From Candidatus Omnitrophota bacterium (GTDB lineage Bacteria; Omnitrophota; Gorgyraeia; Gygaellales; Profunditerraquicolaceae): 64,000 nucleotides of DNA. Under the pieces are notes generated by a model. The model was given only the letters and a program-made list of their open reading frames with translations. It made no database searches and was not told where the DNA came from. Of this stretch, positions 20,171-29,768 are shown in pieces. Made by a program: the position numbers and the translations under genes. Every line of letters starts with the position of its first letter. Position 1 is the first letter of the stretch. The stretch lies in the NCBI GenBank assembly GCA_049517335.1, contig JBEKSD010000003.1, forward strand, positions 32,185 through 96,184, read 5' to 3'.

Positions 20171-21385
20171 ATGAGTATTCTTAAAGAAATCCCTCCTACC
20201 GCAGGTTTCCCTTTACGCTTAAAAGATATCTATTTTGCGCTAGCGGTAGCCAACCACAAGGACCTGCTTGAAGAAGATTTTAAGCATTACCTTAAAACCC
20301 CTTATGCCCGTGTCACCTATTCGGGAACCGCGGCTTTTTATTTTATCTTAGAATCCTTAAAAAAATTATCCGGTAAAAAAACTGTGGTCATCCCTGCTTT
20401 TATCTGCCCCCTTGTAGCGCTAGCAATTATTAAAGCCGGGCTGAAAGTTAAAATTTGCGATATAGATAAGGATGGTTTTGATTATAATTACAGACGCCTG
20501 GAAAGCCTGTGTAGAAATGACCCTGATATACTGGCGGTTGTGGCTACGCACTTGGCCGGTATTCCGGTTGACCTCGATAGAATAGCCAAAATAGCGCAGG
20601 AGAATAATGTTTTTGTCATTGAAGATTGCGCCCAAAGCTTGGGCGCTGAATACAAGAATCAAAAAGTAGGAACGTACGGAGATTTCGCTTTCTTCAGCCT
20701 CTGCCGGGGCAAGGGGCTGACAATATATGAAGGCGGAATAACGGTAACTAAAAATGCGGGATACGCGCAGCTGCTTAATAATACTATTGACCGCCTGGAA
20801 GATAACAATTTTTTTTCAGAGGCTCTCAAAATACTGGAGCTTTTTGGTTACTGGATTTTTTACCGCCCCACTCTTTTCTGGTTCGTATTCCGCCTGCCCC
20901 AGCTTTATTGGAGGCATAAGAAAAATGCGGTACGCGCAGCAGGAGATTACTTTGATGCGCATCTTCTTCTGCACCGGGTTTCAGCTTTCCGGAAATCATT
21001 AGGTCATGTAACATTTAACCGGCTCAATAGACAAATTTTAGAGCAGAGAGAGAAAGCGACGCACTATATAAATAAATTCAAAAATGCCCCCGGCATAAGA
21101 GTAATTACCGAGGCGGCTGAAGGCAAAGCTACCTACCCTTTCATTACCCTGATATTTGACGATCCCGCAAGGCGGGCACAGGCATTAAAAAGACTGGAAC
21201 ATTCTGGAATGGGCGGCTCAATAATTTACCTTAAGGCCATTACCGATTACGAATATTTAAAGAATATAATCCCCAGCACTACCTGCCCCAACGCTCAAAA
21301 CCTTGCTAACCGCCACCTCACCCTTTCCACCAGCACTTTTCTGGACAAAAAATCAATAGAGAATATTAATACTCTTCATTTTTAA
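20171..21385 (+). CDS. DegT/DnrJ/EryC1/StrS-family PLP aminotransferase (sugar aminotransferase, ArnB-like)
   Basis: 404 aa with a fold-type-I sugar aminotransferase pattern. The candidate PLP lysine lies in FFSLCRGKGL. It is divergent from the ArnE/F-like pair. Confidence 0.7.
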   Translation: MSILKEIPPTAGFPLRLKDIYFALAVANHKDLLEEDFKHYLKTPYARVTYSGTAAFYFILESLKKLSGKKTVVIPAFICPLVALAIIKAGLKVKICDIDKDGFDYNYRRLESLCRNDPDILAVVATHLAGIPVDLDRIAKIAQENNVFVIEDCAQSLGAEYKNQKVGTYGDFAFFSLCRGKGLTIYEGGITVTKNAGYAQLLNNTIDRLEDNNFFSEALKILELFGYWIFYRPTLFWFVFRLPQLYWRHKKNAVRAAGDYFDAHLLLHRVSAFRKSLGHVTFNRLNRQILEQREKATHYINKFKNAPGIRVITEAAEGKATYPFITLIFDDPARRAQALKRLEHSGMGGSIIYLKAITDYEYLKNIIPSTTCPNAQNLANRHLTLSTSTFLDKKSIENINTLHF

Positions 21386-21440
21386 ACGGCTGACTTGGTT
21401 TGATTCGAGCGGTGCTGCGAAAGGTAAGACTTGGCAGACG

Positions 21441-22367
21441 CTAAATTAATACTTCTAAGATTCTAAGGTTGGTTGTTTCGTTGATAGAGGTGACCATAGA
21501 CTCAGGAAGTTTTTCCGCAGCAATATTTCTAGGATGATCCAAGCGAGAAATAACGGCTTTAAATTTATTGGCGAAAGAGGGCTTTGAATAATCCCCGCAA
21601 ATATCCATACCGATGATCTCACAGTTATCCTTGATTATTTTCAGCATAACCAGCAACTCATCCAGAGAAAACTTCCCTTCTTCCCAATTGGTAAGACTAT
21701 CTTCATTCTTCAGGCAATCCTTATCCAGCGAAACATAGGCGTTTTTAACCGGAAGGCTCCTGACCAGTGATAAAAATAATTCCGGAATATTTTTGTCTTT
21801 AAGCTCGCTCCAGAATATCTTACTTAAAAGAAAGTTTCCTTCTCTTCTAAAAGAATTATTCTCGGGAATCTTTTCCAAAAATACCCGTGTCGGTTCATGC
21901 AGGTAAGGATAAATTTCAAGCCGGCTAGCCTTTAAAGAAACAAAATTACCGCTCTGGATTGACCATGTTGATATATCGGATGAGGAAACGCCGATTAAGA
22001 GACATTTTGAGAGGGCCTTATTGCGCAAGGCTTCAGTCACCCATGACCCGCAGCCGTAACGGGGAGGAAGAATATCCCAATCAGGATGGTGATCAAAAAC
22101 AATCAAAGAAAAAGGTTCTCGGAATTGCCGGGTAAGGATGCCTGAGATATGATGGAAGTCGCCCGACCCCGTAAAGGTAACTGCATTTTCGGTTTCCGGA
22201 AGCAGGCGGGCGGCAATCTCATCCTTTAAAGCGCTGTTCATCCATAACCTTACTTTTGGGCCGATTTTTTCCAAGTCAATGATTTGGGCGGGATATCGCA
22301 GGAGGATCCTTTTCTGCTTTATTAAGCTGTCGTCAAAATTAAGGATACGGATGGATTTATTTAACAT
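21441..22367 (-). CDS. arginase/deacetylase-fold (ureohydrolase-like) metallohydrolase, divergent
   Basis: His/Asp-rich motifs GSGDFHH, FDHHPD and SLDKD parallel the arginase-family GGDHS, DAHAD and SxDxD. The assignment is weak. Confidence 0.35.
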   Translation of the reverse strand: MLNKSIRILNFDDSLIKQKRILLRYPAQIIDLEKIGPKVRLWMNSALKDEIAARLLPETENAVTFTGSGDFHHISGILTRQFREPFSLIVFDHHPDWDILPPRYGCGSWVTEALRNKALSKCLLIGVSSSDISTWSIQSGNFVSLKASRLEIYPYLHEPTRVFLEKIPENNSFRREGNFLLSKIFWSELKDKNIPELFLSLVRSLPVKNAYVSLDKDCLKNEDSLTNWEEGKFSLDELLVMLKIIKDNCEIIGMDICGDYSKPSFANKFKAVISRLDHPRNIAAEKLPESMVTSINETTNLRILEVLI

Positions 22368-22380
22368 AGGGGGGCCTTAC

Positions 22381-23805
22381 CTACGATTTCTTTAAGGCCT
22401 TGGAGAGCGCTTCTTCAAAAAGATCGACCCCTAAATCAATCTCTGCTTCCGTAATGTAGAATGACGGCGCAAGAGTAAAGACGTTCTTGTAATACCCCCC
22501 GACATCAAGCACTAACCCGCGCATCTTGCCGCCAGCCGATAATTTGCCGCTCAAACCCAGCTCAACAATCTTATCGGTCAATTCCCTGTCCGGGGTATAG
22601 CCGTCCTTCCCGCACATCTCCACGCGCAGCGCTAAACCCAAACCATCGACGTCGCCTATCTGGGGGTATTTCTTCTGCAGCTTCTTCAGACGTATCTTAA
22701 AATATTCGCCTTTCTCGTGCACCATTGTGCCGAAATCAGATTCTTCGATTAATTTCATTACCTCTAATCCCACGGCGGTACCGAGGGGGTTGGATGAAAA
22801 TGTAGCATGGGTTGAGCCCGGAGGGAAGACTTCGGGAGAGATTAATTTCTCTTTCGCCCATATGCCTGAAATAGGATTAAGGCCGTTAGTCAAGGCCTTA
22901 CCAAAGACGATTATATCGGGCGTAACGTTAAAATGCTCAATCGCCCAGAATTTTCCTGTCCTGAAGAAACCCATTTGGATTTCGTCGTCCACGAACAATA
23001 TCCCGTATTTATCCAATATATCTTTTAAACCGGCAAAATAGTCGTGGGGAGGAGTGATATAGCCACCTGTGCCTTGTATTGCTTCGACGTAAAAAGCGAC
23101 AAACTCGCATTTATTATTCTTCTTGTTGACTACCGAATGATACTCCGTTTCAAATAGCTTTTCAAACTGCTTTAAGCAGTAAAAATCGCAAAAATTTTTC
23201 TTCTTCTCATAGGGGCAGCGGAAACAGTAAGGAAAAGGTATGAACATCGCCCTATCCCCGAAATGACCGAATCTCTCGCGGTAACGGAAACTCGAGGTAA
23301 TTGCGCTTGCGGCGAGGGTTCGGCCGTGATAACCGCCCATAAATGCAAACACGAGACTCCTTCCACAGTGATTCCTGACTAATTTCAGCGAATCCTCCAG
23401 AGCGGAGGACCCACCGACATTAAAATGGACCCGGCCCTTCTCCTCAAAGGTTAGCTCATTGCGCTGGGAAAGCTTAGCTGCCAGCCTGATCTTTTCTTCA
23501 TGAAGGTACTGACAGGCAAGCTGAGGAAGAGTATCAATCTGTTTTTTTAATACGTTGTTGAGGCGTTTGTTTTTGTAACCGAAGTTCGCCGCAGAATACC
23601 ACATCTGTAAGTCCAAAAATTCAGTCCCTTCCCGGTCATACAAAAATGAGCCTTCCGAAGCAACAAAGATATTGGGGCTTGCGACGTAATGCACGGTATC
23701 GCCCCATGAGCAATATTTGGCTTCCAGTTCCAGTAATTCATCGCCGGCCGCAGCATTTTCCTGCCTCAGCTTCTGATTACGCGCGTCAAACTGTTTATCA
23801 TTCAT
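22381..23805 (-). CDS. class-III (ornithine/GABA/BioA-type) PLP aminotransferase with a Cys-rich insert
   Basis: 474 aa. The sequence ...DEIQMGFFRTGKFWA... is the AT-III signature. The insert CFRCPYEKKKNFCDFYC is a Cx2Cx9Cx3C motif. Confidence 0.7.
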   Translation of the reverse strand: MNDKQFDARNQKLRQENAAAGDELLELEAKYCSWGDTVHYVASPNIFVASEGSFLYDREGTEFLDLQMWYSAANFGYKNKRLNNVLKKQIDTLPQLACQYLHEEKIRLAAKLSQRNELTFEEKGRVHFNVGGSSALEDSLKLVRNHCGRSLVFAFMGGYHGRTLAASAITSSFRYRERFGHFGDRAMFIPFPYCFRCPYEKKKNFCDFYCLKQFEKLFETEYHSVVNKKNNKCEFVAFYVEAIQGTGGYITPPHDYFAGLKDILDKYGILFVDDEIQMGFFRTGKFWAIEHFNVTPDIIVFGKALTNGLNPISGIWAKEKLISPEVFPPGSTHATFSSNPLGTAVGLEVMKLIEESDFGTMVHEKGEYFKIRLKKLQKKYPQIGDVDGLGLALRVEMCGKDGYTPDRELTDKIVELGLSGKLSAGGKMRGLVLDVGGYYKNVFTLAPSFYITEAEIDLGVDLFEEALSKALKKS

Positions 23806-24467
23806 GAGAAACTCCTTTTAAAATAATCATATACGTCTTTCAAATTGCGGTATGAAAAACAGGTTAAATTTTTATCCTTAAAATGTTTCAACAAATCATC
23901 TTTGGCGAAAATAATATCCGCATATTTTGACGGGCATATATCCGAGCGGCCGTCACCTATGTATATTATTATAGATTCCTTAGTCACATTTGCCAAGAGA
24001 TTTTTCGTTTTGCAATGTGCGCAAATATGGCATTTGTCGCTCGAGTAAGGGAATTTAGGCACAAGCTCATCTTTAACCAGGTGTAACTTATTGGAATAAA
24101 TCTTGAGGTTCTTTATTCCGTTTAAATGTAAAATGCGTTCTAATATATAATCAAAATTATCGCTTAAAACAAAAGTCTTTACTCCTCTTGATGCTAGGCC
24201 ACGGACAATTTTCTTAAAGTAAGGGTCAATTTTTATGCCAGAGAGGTAATTGTCCAAAGCTTTCCTGGTTATGCTTAAACCTTTAATCTGGCCTTCCAGG
24301 CAGGCGCGGGAGCCGATCTTACCTTTCTGCCACTTTGCTTCCAACTTCACCCAGAGGTCATCCTGAGAAAAACGCGGGAGCATATTGTCAAACACATCGC
24401 AGGTTGCGATAGTGTTATCAAAATCAAAAAAAACGGCGCATTTATCGGGATTAATTAGCTTCATCAA
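23802..24467 (-). CDS. HAD-IB-family phosphatase (MtnX/phosphoserine-phosphatase-like)
   Basis: DxDxT motif (FFDFDNTIA) and a C-terminal GDGRSD. Confidence 0.65.
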   Translation of the reverse strand: MMKLINPDKCAVFFDFDNTIATCDVFDNMLPRFSQDDLWVKLEAKWQKGKIGSRACLEGQIKGLSITRKALDNYLSGIKIDPYFKKIVRGLASRGVKTFVLSDNFDYILERILHLNGIKNLKIYSNKLHLVKDELVPKFPYSSDKCHICAHCKTKNLLANVTKESIIIYIGDGRSDICPSKYADIIFAKDDLLKHFKDKNLTCFSYRNLKDVYDYFKRSFS

Positions 24468-25473
24468 AACCTTTTCTAAAGACGCCCGCTATGGCCGTGC
24501 GGCAAAAAGAGCATCTTCCTTCCTCCAGATTATTCTGGGAAACATTAAAGAACTCCCTTTTAATCAGTAATTTTTTGCATTCCGGACAGTAAGTATCGCT
24601 GCCGGAACCGGGGACATTGCCGATATAGATAAATTTAAGCCCTGCGTGGCTTCCTATTTTTTGCGCCCTCTCCAAGGTTGATTCCGGAGTAGTTTCGTAA
24701 CCAATAAATTTATATTCAGGGTGAAAGCGCGAAATATGCCAGGGGATATTTTTATCAAGCTTTGCGATAAACCCGGCTATCCCGCTTAACTCTTCGTCTG
24801 AATCATTCTCTCCGGGAATCAGGAGCGTGGTTATTTCAACCCACACCCCCAGCCTTACCATACGCTCAATTGTACCCAGCACAGGCTGAAGAGTGGCCTT
24901 GCATATTTTCCTGTAAGATCTTTCTTTAAAGAACTTCAAATCCACGTTTGAGGCGTCCAGATAAGGCCTGATTGTCAAGAGCGCCTCTTCCGTCATGTAA
25001 CCGTTGGTTACAAAAACATTAAACAGGCCGTTAACCTTGGCTGACTTAGCCACGTCTAAAGCGTATTCAAAGAATATCGTCGGTTCAGTATAAGTATAGG
25101 ATATACTCCGGCATTCACTATCCAATGCCGCTTTCACGATTTCTTTCGGAGAAACTTCTTTTGCCTGTGCGCCTATATCCGGCGCCTGCGATATTTGCCA
25201 ATTTTGACAAAAACCGCAACGGAAATTACATCCGGCTGCGGCAATGGAAAAACTCAAGCTACCGGGAAAGAAATGATACAGCGGTTTTTTTTCAACGGGG
25301 TCAACGTACGACGCCACTACCTTACCGTAGCTGTAGGTAAAAAGCTCCCCTGCGATATTCTGGCGCACCCCGCAAAACCCAAATCCCTTTTCCCTAATCC
25401 GGCAGAAATGGGCGCAAAGATAACATCGCACTAAACCTTTACCTATCTTTTCATAAAGCAGTGCTTCTTTCAT
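24451..25473 (-). CDS. radical SAM enzyme of the AmmeMemoRadiSam (PflA-activase-like) family
   Basis: The N-terminal Cys pair is CYLCAHFC. It is followed by EKKPLYHFFPGS and the CNFRCGFC radical-SAM cluster motif. The C-terminal motif is CPEC...CSFC. Confidence 0.7.
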   Translation of the reverse strand: MKEALLYEKIGKGLVRCYLCAHFCRIREKGFGFCGVRQNIAGELFTYSYGKVVASYVDPVEKKPLYHFFPGSLSFSIAAAGCNFRCGFCQNWQISQAPDIGAQAKEVSPKEIVKAALDSECRSISYTYTEPTIFFEYALDVAKSAKVNGLFNVFVTNGYMTEEALLTIRPYLDASNVDLKFFKERSYRKICKATLQPVLGTIERMVRLGVWVEITTLLIPGENDSDEELSGIAGFIAKLDKNIPWHISRFHPEYKFIGYETTPESTLERAQKIGSHAGLKFIYIGNVPGSGSDTYCPECKKLLIKREFFNVSQNNLEEGRCSFCRTAIAGVFRKGFDEAN

Positions 25474-25481
25474 TTCCCGGC

Positions 25482-25518
25482 AAACCTAAAAAGAAACCCT
25501 TAGCCTAAACAGGGTTTC
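25482..25518 (-). terminator. rho-independent terminator downstream of the lipoprotein gene
   Basis: An 8-bp stem (gaaaccct/agggtttc) with a 10-nt loop is followed on the minus-strand RNA by UUUUUAGGUUU. Confidence 0.55.
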
Positions 25519-25584
25519 CTTCCTTTGTTCGCCTTCTTCGAACGCCAGTTAAGTTTCCCCCTGCGTTTTCTTTTTCCCATAGTC

Positions 25585-26142
25585 TTAATATTTGTAATAT
25601 TTGGAAGGTATAGAATGCAATATATACCTTACTGCTTCATTAATACATTCATCGATTGCCTTATCCAGCGAAGCATCTGCGCCTGCCTGGCCCTGAACGC
25701 GCCCTACGGAGAAAACCTGTGCGTTGGCATAATCCGCAATACGTATCTCCAAAGCAACATGGGTTTTATTAAGGGAAGCCCCTAGTAGTCCGCCGAATTC
25801 CCCGCTAGACGAACCGCCGCCGCCGCCTATACCGGAACGGCCTCCTGAGCGGTCCTGCGGCTCAAACTCCACTAATGTTGCGGTAAGGATCAACTCTGCC
25901 TGCTTAAGCGCGGGCTCACTTATCAGAAACCGGTTACTCTTTAATAGCGCGGCAATCAATTTTTCACGCAAAATAGACGCTGATTCTTTATCCGCCTTGG
26001 CGGCCTTCACTTCAAAATCCGCAACTGTAATCTTTGCTTTTTTTCCTTCCGGCATAAAAAGTACCTTCTTGACCGAAGATATGCATCCGGAGAGCATAAA
26101 AACAACCAGGCAAACGGCAATTGCGTAAGTTATTTTCTTCAT
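25585..26142 (-). CDS. lipoprotein of unknown function with a Gly/Ser-rich linker
   Basis: Signal peptide plus lipobox (FMLSGC) and a GGGGGSSSGEFGG stretch. Confidence 0.5.
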   Translation of the reverse strand: MKKITYAIAVCLVVFMLSGCISSVKKVLFMPEGKKAKITVADFEVKAAKADKESASILREKLIAALLKSNRFLISEPALKQAELILTATLVEFEPQDRSGGRSGIGGGGGSSSGEFGGLLGASLNKTHVALEIRIADYANAQVFSVGRVQGQAGADASLDKAIDECINEAVRYILHSIPSKYYKY

Positions 26143-26159
26143 TCTAGAAAAGGTAAGGA

Positions 26160-26660
26160 TTATTTATTGCTGTGCGGAGGGGTCTCCGTTTGCGTATTCT
26201 CTGTGCTTGTCTCGCCGTTAGGGGTTTCCTGAGGCGCAGCAGCCGATTCGGGCTTTTCAAGGCTGATATTCTTTGCAGTATTTTTACCCTCGGCTCCTAC
26301 GATATAATCTATGCTCAACGTATCCTTTGGCTTTATTTCATCTATGCTTTTAATATTTTCGTAGGTTGTTTTTTCATCCGTACCGATAACCATATCTTTT
26401 TCCTGGTCTGTTTCATAATCAAGGTATTTAACAGTAAGCGATTTTGCGGCAGGGTCTATTGAAAGAACTTCACCCCAAACCCATTGCGTTTCCGACTCAC
26501 TCGGGGGCATAATCGTAGCCGGATTTTGCGGAACAGCTATCTCCTGTGATGCCGGCTGAGTAGCAACAGTGTCTTCCTGCGAGCCCTCTGCGGCAAAAAC
26601 AGCACCTATAAATAATAATGAAACCGAGATTACCAAGAGCGATAATTTATTAATCTTCAT
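26160..26660 (-). CDS. secreted protein of unknown function
   Basis: A signal peptide (MKINKLSLLVISVSLLFIGAVFA) and acidic, Thr-rich low-complexity tails. A candidate promoter TTGACA-N17-TATTTT and a GGAGGTG RBS lie upstream. Confidence 0.4.
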   Translation of the reverse strand: MKINKLSLLVISVSLLFIGAVFAAEGSQEDTVATQPASQEIAVPQNPATIMPPSESETQWVWGEVLSIDPAAKSLTVKYLDYETDQEKDMVIGTDEKTTYENIKSIDEIKPKDTLSIDYIVGAEGKNTAKNISLEKPESAAAPQETPNGETSTENTQTETPPHSNK

Positions 26661-26739
26661 TTTACACCTCCGTTTATAGTTTAAGTTAAAATATCACATA
26701 AAAACCTATTTGTCAAGTTAATGAGTCCTTATTGCTTAG

Positions 26740-26931
26740 CTATTCTTTCGCAATCGCTAAAGTGAGTATCCCGGCAAGGATTAAAAGCGCAGGGGCGCTC
26801 CCTTTTAAAACCAGCCAGGTCTGACGCCACCATTGCAGCTCAAGCAAAAGATAAACTGCAAGGCCCAGAAAAAATAACCCCAGAATGACTTTTAAGATTA
26901 CAGCCGATATTTTCCTGTCTTCCCTTGGCAT
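26740..26931 (-). CDS. small 2-TM membrane protein
   Basis: 63 aa with two hydrophobic helices. Confidence 0.35.
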   Translation of the reverse strand: MPREDRKISAVILKVILGLFFLGLAVYLLLELQWWRQTWLVLKGSAPALLILAGILTLAIAKE

Positions 26932-26961
26932 ATTTTCCTCCTAATGTTTGCACCACTTAAT

Positions 26962-27882
26962 TTAAACCGGCTTTGATTTCCACCTGCGATGAATCCACCC
27001 CCATTCTGCCGGGTAGCGGCGTATATAAGACTCAATTATACCTGTTAACTTCTGGATATTTATAAGGATGGTCTCCTGAGCGTTGCTTCCTTCCTCCAAT
27101 ACCATCTCCGGCTCAAAGACTATGTTATGCCTATCGTCGTACTGGCGAATAATGAAACACGGTAAGAGTGATGCTTTAGTGCGTTGGGCTAAAACAACCG
27201 GCCCGGTAGCCGTAGCAGCTTTAACCCCGAAAAAATCCACAAATACCCCGGAAGTCCCGAAATTCTGGTCTAGGGGTATGAACACTGCTTCATTGTTACG
27301 TAATGATTCAATGGTAGAGTTAACGCAAACTTTGCGCGGCTGGGCGTAAATTGTTTTTATCCCATAACGGTTGCGCATCTTTAAAAAAATATTTTCCACC
27401 TTTAAATCACGCATCTGCCGCATTATGCCGACGGTTTTATAGCCCTCTAAACTAAGCTTCGCAAGCAGGAGCGGGAAATTCCCAAAATGCGCGCTCACCA
27501 GGATTACGCCTTTACCCTTGGTAAGGGCGCTGTCCAAGTGTTCGGCTCCTATAATCTTAACGCGCTCTTTTAACGCCTGGGGCCTGCCCATTAAATACAT
27601 AAGCTCAATTGCACTTTTAGCCATATAAATGAAACAATCTTTGGCTATACGCTCCAGTTCCGGGGCAGACTTTTCATTTCCAAAGGCTATCTTCAGGGAA
27701 TCAAGCGCGATCTTCCTTTGTTTTGAGGCAAGACGGTATCCTACGAATGCTATTGCGTTTGCAAAACCATAAAGACAGCAGGAAGGAGAGAGCTTAACTA
27801 TAAAAAGGCATATACGCAACCCGAAGCGCGCCAAGAAACGGCTGATAGAAGTACGAATTTTTTTATAATCCATAGCCGGCAA
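26962..27882 (-). CDS. lipid A biosynthesis lauroyl/myristoyl acyltransferase (LpxL/HtrB family)
   Basis: 306 aa. The N-terminal TM is followed by an acyltransferase HX4D-type region (SAHFGNF). Confidence 0.7.
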   Translation of the reverse strand: MPAMDYKKIRTSISRFLARFGLRICLFIVKLSPSCCLYGFANAIAFVGYRLASKQRKIALDSLKIAFGNEKSAPELERIAKDCFIYMAKSAIELMYLMGRPQALKERVKIIGAEHLDSALTKGKGVILVSAHFGNFPLLLAKLSLEGYKTVGIMRQMRDLKVENIFLKMRNRYGIKTIYAQPRKVCVNSTIESLRNNEAVFIPLDQNFGTSGVFVDFFGVKAATATGPVVLAQRTKASLLPCFIIRQYDDRHNIVFEPEMVLEEGSNAQETILINIQKLTGIIESYIRRYPAEWGWIHRRWKSKPV

Positions 27883-28374
27883 TTATAACTTATACCCCGC
27901 TTTACGCAGGAATTGTTTTCTCCATAAGATATCCTCATCCGTCTCAATGCCTTTGGGCCTTGAGCCATCGATTACCCCAAGTATCCCCCTTGAGCCTCCT
28001 ACGTTTTCGGCCACAATAACTTCTAGAGGATTTGCAGTCGCGCAATAAATATTGCAGACTTCCGGTATATTTTTTATCGTGTTTAAAACGTTTATCGGAT
28101 AAGCGTTCCTTAGGAAAATCAGGAAACTATGCCCTGCTCCGATTTCCAGCATATTAGCAGCGGCAAGCCTTTTTAATTCCTCGTCATTACCTTCGCATCT
28201 TACCTTACAGGCTCCGGAAGATTCAGAAAAGGCAAAACCGAATTTTATACCGGGCACGCTGCTAACCAAAACTTCGTATAAATCCTCAACTGTCTTTATA
28301 AAATGGCTCTGGCCAAGGATAAGGTTTACCTCGTCCGGCTTATTTATCTTCACTAATTTTAGTTCTACCATCAC
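27883..28374 (-). CDS. PF04008-like (adenosine-specific kinase family) protein
   Basis: The sequence LVKI.KP...[32 protein letters not shown]...[22 protein letters not shown] matches my recollection of that family. The assignment is tentative. Confidence 0.35.
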   Translation of the reverse strand: MMVELKLVKINKPDEVNLILGQSHFIKTVEDLYEVLVSSVPGIKFGFAFSESSGACKVRCEGNDEELKRLAAANMLEIGAGHSFLIFLRNAYPINVLNTIKNIPEVCNIYCATANPLEVIVAENVGGSRGILGVIDGSRPKGIETDEDILWRKQFLRKAGYKL

Positions 28375-29686
28375 TCCCCCCCTTTATTATAATCTTGCGG
28401 AAACCGGAAAAATATGCCAAAGACTGCTCCCCGTATACTTTAACGGAAGCAAACAAGAAATCGGGCTCCCCTAACAGTTTTAAGGGTACCCTCAAAACTA
28501 GTGTTTCGTTAAATAAATCAATTTTTACTTCTTCCGGGTTGATTATTCTTGGACCATTAAAAATTTTAACTTTATTATATTTACTCACTATCATAATTTT
28601 AGGCATTTCTGCGAACGGCTTTTTATAACTATAGCTAAAAAGATAACTTAAAGTAGAGATATGCTTGATTACTTCTTTCGGTTTATCTATGCTGATAAGA
28701 AGATCGCCGTTGTCAAGGGAATAGTTTATAGGATACATATTTTTATCCTGCGTTAAATCAATAGGGGAATAATCCCCGAACAGCTCATTTTTACGCGCAA
28801 AAGACAAAAGGTAAAACGCGCTTGACTCTGTCTGACTGCGGTAGCTGAGTATAGAGCGGTGTTTATTCTTTAATTGCCCTTCGGTCAGATAAAATTTAAA
28901 CCAATCGATCTGCCCATCGGAGAATTCTTGCGGCGCATCAAGACCTAACTCCGGATGATAATGCCGGGGCTGCGGCCAGCCTAGGCAATGCACAAGGTAA
29001 GGATAAACCTTCGGAGCGTTAATTTGATTTTTCAGGTCCGCCAACGCCACCTGCAGATAGATATAAAGACTCTTGTGGTCCACATTTACATCAGCCGGAT
29101 GCGAAACAAAAATTTCATCCGGTTTATAATTAAGGATAACATTTTTTAAATCCCGCAAAATATTATCCCCTATATAAGAGGAACCAAAAGAAAGGTTTGT
29201 TTTATAAGGCACGCTTGAGATACGCGTGAGCAGGCTTTTATAGGGACGCGCGTCATTCCAGTAATTACGCAATATCATAAAGGTGCCGAAATCCGGGTAG
29301 CCTAAGAAGATAAGATTACTTTCATCGAGCCCCAGAAGCTTCATCGCTTTCTTTGCTTCGTTCATCCGCACTTCGCCCATATGGATGAATTCGCTTCTGC
29401 GCAAAGTAAACCGCTTTTCATAGACAATAAAAGAAAACTGGTTATGGTCCCCGTTCGTAAGATACACTATTTTTACTTCTGAACCCTTGGCAAGAGCCTC
29501 TTGGATTACCCCTGCGCAGGCAATCGCTTCATCATCGGGGTGAGGAACAAGGATTAAGATACGCCCCTTTCTTTTAATTAAGCTGCCTTCCTTGCTATCG
29601 GCCTGTTTTGCATTCTGCCTTATGAACAGGAATACGCCAAAACCAAAAACCACGAATATAAAAATCAAGATTATTTTCTTAAACAT
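28340..29686 (-). CDS. PIG-L/LmbE-family N-acetylglucosaminyl deacetylase with an N-terminal TM helix and a C-terminal extension
   Basis: The sequence [17 protein letters not shown] is the canonical LmbE zinc-binding motif. The protein is 448 aa. Confidence 0.7.
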   Translation of the reverse strand: MFKKIILIFIFVVFGFGVFLFIRQNAKQADSKEGSLIKRKGRILILVPHPDDEAIACAGVIQEALAKGSEVKIVYLTNGDHNQFSFIVYEKRFTLRRSEFIHMGEVRMNEAKKAMKLLGLDESNLIFLGYPDFGTFMILRNYWNDARPYKSLLTRISSVPYKTNLSFGSSYIGDNILRDLKNVILNYKPDEIFVSHPADVNVDHKSLYIYLQVALADLKNQINAPKVYPYLVHCLGWPQPRHYHPELGLDAPQEFSDGQIDWFKFYLTEGQLKNKHRSILSYRSQTESSAFYLLSFARKNELFGDYSPIDLTQDKNMYPINYSLDNGDLLISIDKPKEVIKHISTLSYLFSYSYKKPFAEMPKIMIVSKYNKVKIFNGPRIINPEEVKIDLFNETLVLRVPLKLLGEPDFLFASVKVYGEQSLAYFSGFRKIIIKGGSDGRTKISEDK

Positions 29687-29730
29687 GGATTTTATCTTAT
29701 CATATAAGTCGGAGGTAGTCGATAAATAAT

Positions 29731-29759
29731 TTGAAATGGCCTTGAATTAGGTATATAAT
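29731..29759 (+). promoter_or_regulatory. sigma70-like promoter TTGAAA-N17-TATAAT, with the -10 ending 10 nt before the CDF ATG (likely leaderless)
   Basis: Read directly from the sequence. There is no SD. Confidence 0.45.
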
Positions 29760-29768
29760 TACGAAAAG

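Noticed and set aside
21441-22367. Calling the 308-aa protein a bona fide arginase or agmatinase
   Set aside because: Only loose His/Asp motif resemblance (GSGDFHH, DHHPD, SLDKD). It lacks the canonical GGDHS, DAHxD and SxDxDxxDP signatures, so it is kept as arginase-fold-like only.
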